Shown one piece after another: positions 27,195 through 32,000 of a stretch of DNA of 32,000 nt. The stretch's first letter is position 1. The number at the start of each line of letters is the position of its first letter. The notes under the pieces are model-generated. The model saw only the letters and a list, made by a program, of their open reading frames with translations, searched no databases and was not told the DNA's origin. Origin of the DNA: Candidatus Electronema aureum. GTDB taxonomy: Bacteria > Desulfobacterota > Desulfobulbia > Desulfobulbales > Desulfobulbaceae. Where the stretch lies: NCBI GenBank assembly GCA_004284765.1, contig NQJD01000003.1, forward strand, positions 1 through 32,000, read 5' to 3'. The translations under genes were made by a program, and so were the position numbers.

Positions 27195-28275
27195 ATGGCA
27201 ACAATTCAATGGCGGCCCGAACCTAACCCCCTCACCGTTCCCTATTCTTGGAAGATTCGCTTTGTGCCCCGCGACTCATCCGGGACAGACGAGCTGGCTG
27301 TCGCGATGAACGAGGAGAATCCGAACTACAGCGTGGAAGATGCCAAAACCATGCTGGCCCTCCTGAAGCGAGTTATTCAGAAGAAATTGCTCAACGGCGA
27401 ACAGGCGACCATAGACGGCATGATCACGTTCGGCTTCTCCTTCACCGGCAGGTTAGACACGCCGGACGACCCGCTGCCGCCGGTTGACGAGACCCTGCAT
27501 GTGGATGTCCGGGTGCTTGCACCTTTTTTCAAGGAGATCAGGCAGCAGGCTCGCTTTGAGAAGCTGCCCATGACCGAGAAGGGGCCGGTGATCGACAGCG
27601 TTGAAGACACCCGCCTGCATCTGGCCGATGTGCTCAACAGCAAGGGTGTGCTGAAGCTGACCGGCACCAACCTGCTCTTCGACCCGGAGGTCGAGGGCAA
27701 TGGCTGCGTGATCGAGGGCACCCGCAGCTGGCAGGCGGCGCAGACCCAGTTCGGGCCGCTTGCCGATTCGAGCATTGTCATTGTGCCTGATATTCCTGCC
27801 CAAGACGCGCCCTTCAACAATGAGTACACGCTCTCGGTCTCAGCACGGCCCAGCGGCCACGGCAGCCCGCGCACCGGCACCTACCGCAGGAGGCTGCGCT
27901 CACCGCTCGCTGTGACCAAGCTGGGTCATCCGAATCCGCCGGAGGTCGGCATCCTGACCGGCAAGGCTGCCAATCCTTTGGCGAGCGTGACCGGCGGCAC
28001 GGTGAGCGCGGATGAAATGCTGCGCATTCAGGCGGTGTTCGACATCAGAAACAGCGTGCTGCTCCTCAGTTTGCTCGGCATGAAGGAAAACGGGCCTGCG
28101 GGCGCGGCAGTGACAGTTGCAGCCAACGGCGCATACACCGTGCCGGGCTTCAGCGGGTCAGCGGTCGGTCAGCAGCCTGAGCGTCCGGGTCAATGACTAT
28201 GCCGCCTTGGTGGATTTGGTGCGGGATCAGTATTATGGACGGCTGGTGGATGTGTTGGAGGTGAAGACTGCATGA
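27195..28275 (+). pseudogene. HU-like DNA-binding N-terminal domain plus DUF4469-like Ig-type C-terminal region. The last ~27 codons sit in a +1 frame.
   Basis: The in-frame ORF ends at 28196. The overlapping frame, open from 28114, reads ...SLSVRVNDYAALVDLVRDQYYGRLVDVLEVKTA and stops at 28273-28275. Family assignment is from memory of architecture, not a search. Confidence 0.5.
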
Positions 28276-28290
28276 TGTGAGATGCGCTTG

Positions 28291-28329
28291 AATAAAAAAC
28301 CGGCAGCAGCAATGCTTCGCTTCTGCCGG
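28291..28329 (-). terminator. Terminator after the PHP hydrolase gene, between convergent genes
   Basis: Stem ccggcag (28300-28306) pairs with ctgccgg (28323-28329). TTTTTTATT follows on the minus strand. Confidence 0.6.
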
Positions 28330-28358
28330 ACGGCATGACCGCGCTGCTGCTCCCTTGT

Positions 28359-29981
28359 TTACTCGTAGGTCACAACCAGCTGCGCCGCTTGGCTGGCCGA
28401 GCCTTCATAGGCCTCAGCAGTGCGCTCGCCGGTGCCGGTGATGATGATCGCCATGCCGTTGTTGGCTGACCAGCCAGTGCGGTTGACGATCTCCTGCACG
28501 ATGTCCTTCAGGTCAGGGGTCTGCTGACCTGCGCCTGCCTGGCCGACGGTGCTCCAAGCCACTGGTGTCCAAGCTACAGAAGCCGTGGTGGTTGCGCGGC
28601 TGCTGATGTTGTTGGAAGCCGTGGTGAAGGTGGCCGCATTGTCGGCAGCTTGGCCTTTGATGGTCAGGCTGGTTGTGCCGGAGTTGGTCTCATCCACGGT
28701 GAACTGGATGTAGGCATTGGTGATGGTCGCTCCCTGCGGAATGCCGAGGTTGGCGAAGCGCATCCCCACGTACTGATTGCCAGTGGTGGAGGAGTCATAG
28801 ACCAGCTCCAGATCAGAGCTGTTCAGCGTCACCACGCCGCCGGTCTGCCGCTGCTCGGCATCGTCGCTGCCTGTTGCCACCCGTGCGGAAACCGTGGAGC
28901 TGCCGCCGCCTGCTGTGCCGGTCATGGTGATGGGTGAAGAGATGGCCTCGCCGCCGTCCTGCTGCGTCACCTTCACATAATAGTAGTCGCCTTCAGCTGC
29001 GGTCACGCTGCCGGTGATGATCGGATGGGCCTGATTGGGATTCCACGTTTGCGCAACCGCGCCGTTCTTGATCAGCTGCACGGTGGAGAAGACCTCGCCG
29101 TTGCCGTCATTGGCTTCAATGCGCAGCGCATGAGTGGCCGGATCAAGCACCGAACCCATTTCCGCGCTGCTCAGGGTGAAAGAGAGCGTCAGGTTCTTGT
29201 CGAGCGTGGAGAACATCCGGCGGGCCTGCATTGCCTCCATGATCGCAGTGCGGGTCTTGGCTGTGGCCAGCACGGCCAGACGGTAGTCGGTGTCCGTGCC
29301 CCACGTGGCGGTGTGGTTGTCGTCGCCGCCTGCTGCGCCGATGTCCCAACCACGAGAAATGGCCTCGTCAAAGAAGCTCTTGCTGCCGTCGTTGGTGTAG
29401 TAGCCGTCGTTGTAGTAGTAGGTGTCGAAGTCGTCGGCCTTGTTGAACAGCTCCATGCCCACGAACTTGTCAGACGGCGCAGTGGTGAAGTGGCTGAACT
29501 CGCGGCTCTGCCCATCCTCGCGACCCGGATGGTTGAAGAAGGCCACGCCGCTGCGGGCGTTGAGCCATGTCACCAGCTCAGTGAAGGTGTCAGTGGCTGT
29601 GCTGCCCGCAGAGCAGTAATCATCCGTTCCGATTACGGTGACATGGCCGTAGTTGCCGCCGGATGACCACTCAAAGCCCCACAGGGCGACAAAGTTGCCG
29701 TCGCTGTTGTAGGTGTTCGCCGTGTTCTTGATGGTCGTCCACTCCGTGGAGCTGATGCCTGAATCATGGTCGGCCAAGCTGAAGAAGTCCAGCCCAGCAG
29801 TGTCCCGCGCATAGGCGTAGGCCTGAGCAGGAGTGCCGGAGCCGTCAGAGACGTTGGAATGGTTGTGCAGATGGCCGTAATAGACATTATAGCTTGCTAA
29901 TGCGGGTGCCGTAGCACCAAATATGCCCATACAGGCACCTGCAAAAACAGAAATCCCCAGTTTGCTGTAGCTCTTTTGCAT
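28359..29981 (-). CDS. Secreted PHP-family (CehA/McbA-like) metallohydrolase with beta-rich C-terminal domains
   Basis: Signal peptide, then YGHLHNHSNVSDG...FFSLADHD...FFNHPGRE...GGDDNH metal-ligand motifs. Confidence 0.7.
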   Translation of the reverse strand: MQKSYSKLGISVFAGACMGIFGATAPALASYNVYYGHLHNHSNVSDGSGTPAQAYAYARDTAGLDFFSLADHDSGISSTEWTTIKNTANTYNSDGNFVALWGFEWSSGGNYGHVTVIGTDDYCSAGSTATDTFTELVTWLNARSGVAFFNHPGREDGQSREFSHFTTAPSDKFVGMELFNKADDFDTYYYNDGYYTNDGSKSFFDEAISRGWDIGAAGGDDNHTATWGTDTDYRLAVLATAKTRTAIMEAMQARRMFSTLDKNLTLSFTLSSAEMGSVLDPATHALRIEANDGNGEVFSTVQLIKNGAVAQTWNPNQAHPIITGSVTAAEGDYYYVKVTQQDGGEAISSPITMTGTAGGGSSTVSARVATGSDDAEQRQTGGVVTLNSSDLELVYDSSTTGNQYVGMRFANLGIPQGATITNAYIQFTVDETNSGTTSLTIKGQAADNAATFTTASNNISSRATTTASVAWTPVAWSTVGQAGAGQQTPDLKDIVQEIVNRTGWSANNGMAIIITGTGERTAEAYEGSASQAAQLVVTYE

Positions 29982-30212
29982 CGCTCTTTCCTCTGTGAAG
30001 GATCCAATCTATGCTGCTTGATTGCAGCACCACCGAATCTAAGCAGGAAAAAGCAGAGTTTGATGAGCTTCAGGTTAGTTCTCTGTGAGAAGCAGAGGGA
30101 TGAGCCTGTTCGTTAATTCTCTTGCGATCTTTCGCAGGCGCGGTATAGTTCCTTGTTCATGCTGAAGAAAAACGATGCAGCAGCATATCCAAATACATAC
30201 AGGAACGCACAA

Positions 30213-30350
30213 ATGAGCGAAAAAAAGTCACCCACAACCAATCCGCCGCGCCCAATCCCGCAGCAGAAGCAGCAAAAGCAAGGGCAGAACAAGGGCTACA
30301 ATGCGCCTCCTCCTCCCAAGCCGCAAGTGCCGTCAAAGAAAGGCCGATAA
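30213..30350 (+). CDS. Hypothetical 45-aa Pro/Gln/Lys-rich basic peptide
   Basis: RBS aggaa lies 8 nt before ATG 30213. The sequence MSEKKSPTTNPPRPIPQQKQQKQGQNKGYNAPPPPKPQVPSKKGR is low complexity, so coding status is uncertain. Confidence 0.3.
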   Translation: MSEKKSPTTNPPRPIPQQKQQKQGQNKGYNAPPPPKPQVPSKKGR

Positions 30351-30469
30351 GTACAAGGATGGGGCTTTTTGCTTGATACAGTTGACGTTATCAACGCATT
30401 TGCCCCACCATCATTTCAATAGGGAAGTTTATGTTTTGATTGCGCGAAAGACCGCTCTTGTCGATTCCA

Positions 30470-31210
30470 ATGAACCTACAGGAAGACCCGATAAAACCCG
30501 GCGAAGGCCATCGTCAACGGTTACGTGACCGATTTCAGGCCCAAGGCATGGACGCTCTGACCGATACTGAGGTCATTGAACTGCTGCTGACATTCGGCAC
30601 GCCTCGTTCCGATTGCCGTCCTTCAGCGGAGGAAGCCATGCAGCGGTTCAAAACACTGCCGGAAGTTTTAGACGCGCATCCAACAGCCTTGGAAAAGGTC
30701 AAAGGCATGGGGCCAAAAAACATCTTTGCTCTTCAATTCATTCAAGGTGTGGCACGGCGTTATCTCCGCCAGCGAATTCAGAAAAAGAACTACGTCACCT
30801 CATCTAAAGACGTGGCCGATTATCTCATTCATGCCCTGCGCAGTCTGCGCCGCGAGGTTTTCATGGCCGTCTATCTTGATGCCTCGCACGCAGTCATTGA
30901 CAGCGAAATTCTCTCTGAAGGCACCATCAACGTCAATACCGTTTATCCCCGCGAATTGATTAAGGCAGCACTGTCCCGCAATGCTGCCGCCTTGGTCATC
31001 GCCCACAACCATCCGTCGGGTAGTCTCCAGCCTTCGGCGCAGGACGAACAGCTCACCCGCACACTCTTCCTGATGTGTTCTTTCATGAATATCAACTTGC
31101 TCGATCATCTGATTATCGGTGCGGGCGAGACCGTCTATAGCTTTGCCGATCAAGGTCAGATGGCTGCTGTCCGCAACGACTGCGCTGCCCTTCGCTCTCG
31201 GCTGGCCTGA
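30470..31210 (+). CDS. radC: RadC-family JAB-domain protein
   Basis: GHRQRLRDRF, the TDTEVIELLL helix-hairpin-helix region, and the HNHPSG JAMM motif. Start is ATG 30470 or TTG 30440. Confidence 0.85.
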   Translation: MNLQEDPIKPGEGHRQRLRDRFQAQGMDALTDTEVIELLLTFGTPRSDCRPSAEEAMQRFKTLPEVLDAHPTALEKVKGMGPKNIFALQFIQGVARRYLRQRIQKKNYVTSSKDVADYLIHALRSLRREVFMAVYLDASHAVIDSEILSEGTINVNTVYPRELIKAALSRNAAALVIAHNHPSGSLQPSAQDEQLTRTLFLMCSFMNINLLDHLIIGAGETVYSFADQGQMAAVRNDCAALRSRLA

Positions 31211-31323
31211 GTTTAATACAGCTAACATGGTGGATGATAAGACAGAGGCAAGAATTTAGATGAATTACGGTTCATCTATTACCCTTTAGCGAGCGGAATT
31301 TGGAACGAGGTTTGCGAAGAAGT

Positions 31324-31345
31324 GCGCCCCCGGTGAAGGGGGCGC
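31324..31345. other. 8-bp all-GC hairpin (gcgccccc ggtgaa gggggcgc)
   Basis: Perfect stem 31324-31331 with 31338-31345 and no following T-run. It is either a radC 3' structure or the palindromic core of a degenerate CRISPR repeat. Confidence 0.5.
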
Positions 31346-31389
31346 GGTTGTCGGTTCTCGTGATGAGCAACCTTATATGGTCAAAACGT

Positions 31390-31422
31390 GTTTCAATCCA
31401 CGCACCCACAAAGGGGAGCGAC
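31390..31422 (-). repeat. Solitary CRISPR-repeat-like 33-mer (type I-C-like on the minus strand)
   Basis: The minus strand reads GTCGCTCCCCTTTGTGGGTGCGTGGATTGAAAC. This matches the GTCGC..CCC-loop-GGG..GCGTGGATTGAAAC layout of I-C repeats as I remember them. Only one clear copy is present and no cas genes are visible. Confidence 0.5.
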
Positions 31423-31469
31423 TTTTGCTAAATAAGGCTTCAGCAGACCTTCTTCAGGGGGGACAGAAG

Positions 31470-31550
31470 TTACCTAATGAAGTATCTAAGGACTTCGATC
31501 AGTGTTGTTGCCGTGATGCTGGCTAACACTGACATCCAAAACTCTTCCAT
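31470..31550 (-). CDS. Candidate 26-aa hydrophobic peptide (MEEFWMSVLASITATTLIEVLRYFIR)
   Basis: Strong SD (GAGAGGTG, with core GAGG 6 nt before the ATG) and a TATAAC -10-like box at 31578-31573. One predicted TM-length hydrophobic stretch with a basic tail. It falls below the ORF-track length cutoff. Confidence 0.3.
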   Translation of the reverse strand: MEEFWMSVLASITATTLIEVLRYFIR

Positions 31551-31662
31551 CGTACACCTCTCTTGGTTCGTGGTTATAAGCAGTTGGACATAATTAACCG
31601 CTTGCCTTAGCCGTAAGAAGAGGGTATTCTGTTATAAACAGAACCACTCTTACTGTGGTGTT

Positions 31663-31713
31663 ACGCGCTGAATCGAATGCCGCCAAGCAATTTACGATTC
31701 AGCGCGTTTTTTT
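31663..31713 (+). terminator. Strong rho-independent terminator on the + strand
   Basis: 13-bp stem acgcgctgaatcg (31663-31675) pairs with cgattcagcgcgt (31695-31707), followed by TTTTTTT. Confidence 0.8.
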
Positions 31714-31848
31714 ATTTATACAGATAGGTTGTATGGTTTTGAACCTCCTTTTTCGTTGTGAAATAGTTAGCTCCAAGCTGAAGATGGCTATTTATACATC
31801 TCGATTAAGAGCTTTGCAAGGTAAATCTTTATTCACCTGCTGGCAACA

Positions 31849-31888
31849 TATATGTCATAACGTAAACGGATTTACGTTATGACATATA
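31849..31888. repeat. 18-bp perfect inverted repeat with a 4-nt loop
   Basis: tatatgtcataacgtaaa cgga tttacgttatgacatata, located in AT-rich intergenic DNA. Confidence 0.85.
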
Positions 31889-32000
31889 CATTCACATCAG
31901 CATGGATGTTGGGGTTCGCTGCGTTTACCCGCAACTTGCTAGCCTCTGTAGCGCAGATGATTGAACTGGCAAACAGCATCCCCCTAGTCGGTGCCCGACT

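Noticed and set aside
24905-28300. A classical integrative element (integrase plus tRNA att site) explaining the 25.25-28.3 kb island
   Set aside because: I could find no integrase, transposase, recombinase or tRNA-like sequence in or next to the island. Only the 27-bp direct repeats and gene remnants are present, so I report a scarred cassette and not a defined mobile element.
31390-31422. Calling a CRISPR array
   Set aside because: There is only one clear repeat copy plus at most one degenerate copy, and no regular repeat-spacer periodicity. I reported it as a solitary repeat.
31315-31600. CreTA-like arrangement: a repeat-flanked pseudo-spacer repressing a nearby toxin promoter
   Set aside because: By eye I found no convincing complementarity between the 42-nt inter-repeat segment and the region upstream of the 26-aa ORF. 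The second repeat is very degenerate. I kept this only as a remote possibility.
31322-31720. Group II intron 5' end (GTGCGCCC... at 31322 resembles the GUGYG start)
   Set aside because: No domain V-like sequence or RT ORF was recognisable. A strong intrinsic terminator and AT-rich DNA lie inside the would-be domain I. The match is limited to the first few bases plus a hairpin.
31655-31882. ORF 31655-31882 (+), 75 aa
   Set aside because: It spans the strong terminator hairpin and T-run, then runs through AT-rich DNA into the palindrome. It has no RBS and its composition is not protein-like.

Overview
Annotated by hand from the sequence and the supplied ORF track. Product calls rest on motifs recognised from memory, with no database searches, and motif coordinates were counted by eye (expect errors of 1-3 nt). 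The window looks like a moderately GC-rich chromosomal segment from a bacterium with dissimilatory sulfur metabolism (Desulfobacterota-like; this is inference).

Core genes: pgeF/yfiH; a 1780-aa alpha-2-macroglobulin with an intact CLEQ thioester; recC; and a long minus-strand run of EF-G paralog, RecA/KaiC-like ATPase, eukaryote-type hisA, SGNH hydrolase, prc, a dsrT-like gene and dsrM-dsrK-dsrJ. A secreted PHP-family hydrolase and radC follow.

Four accessory patches carry the unusual signals:
1. 336-608: a strictly 21-bp-periodic, mirror-symmetric array of 13 TTCACGC units, upstream of a frameshifted FN3 gene.
2. 7862-9768: a secreted collagen-like protein with a duplicated Cys-bracketed globular domain. 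It is broken by a 1-nt deletion inside its G-X-Y repeats.
3. 25.25-28.3 kb: a small island. It holds a decapitated BrnT-like toxin with an intact antitoxin, and an AbiTii-like gene whose 3' end reads into what looks like a purL C-terminal remnant. It also holds four 16-bp operator-like palindromes, twin TTGACA-N17-TATGCT promoters, a frameshifted HU-like/DUF4469-like gene, and a 27-bp near-identical direct repeat (24/27) bracketing a 1.9-kb cassette.
4. 31.3-31.9 kb: a solitary type I-C-like CRISPR repeat with no cas genes in view, a strongly SD-driven 26-aa hydrophobic ORF, an intrinsic terminator and an 18-bp perfect palindrome.

No tRNA, rRNA, integrase or transposase was recognised. My best candidate for a new system is the operator-controlled AbiTii-like plus HU/DUF4469-like module. 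The second is the iteron-like array at the left edge. Both are hypotheses only.
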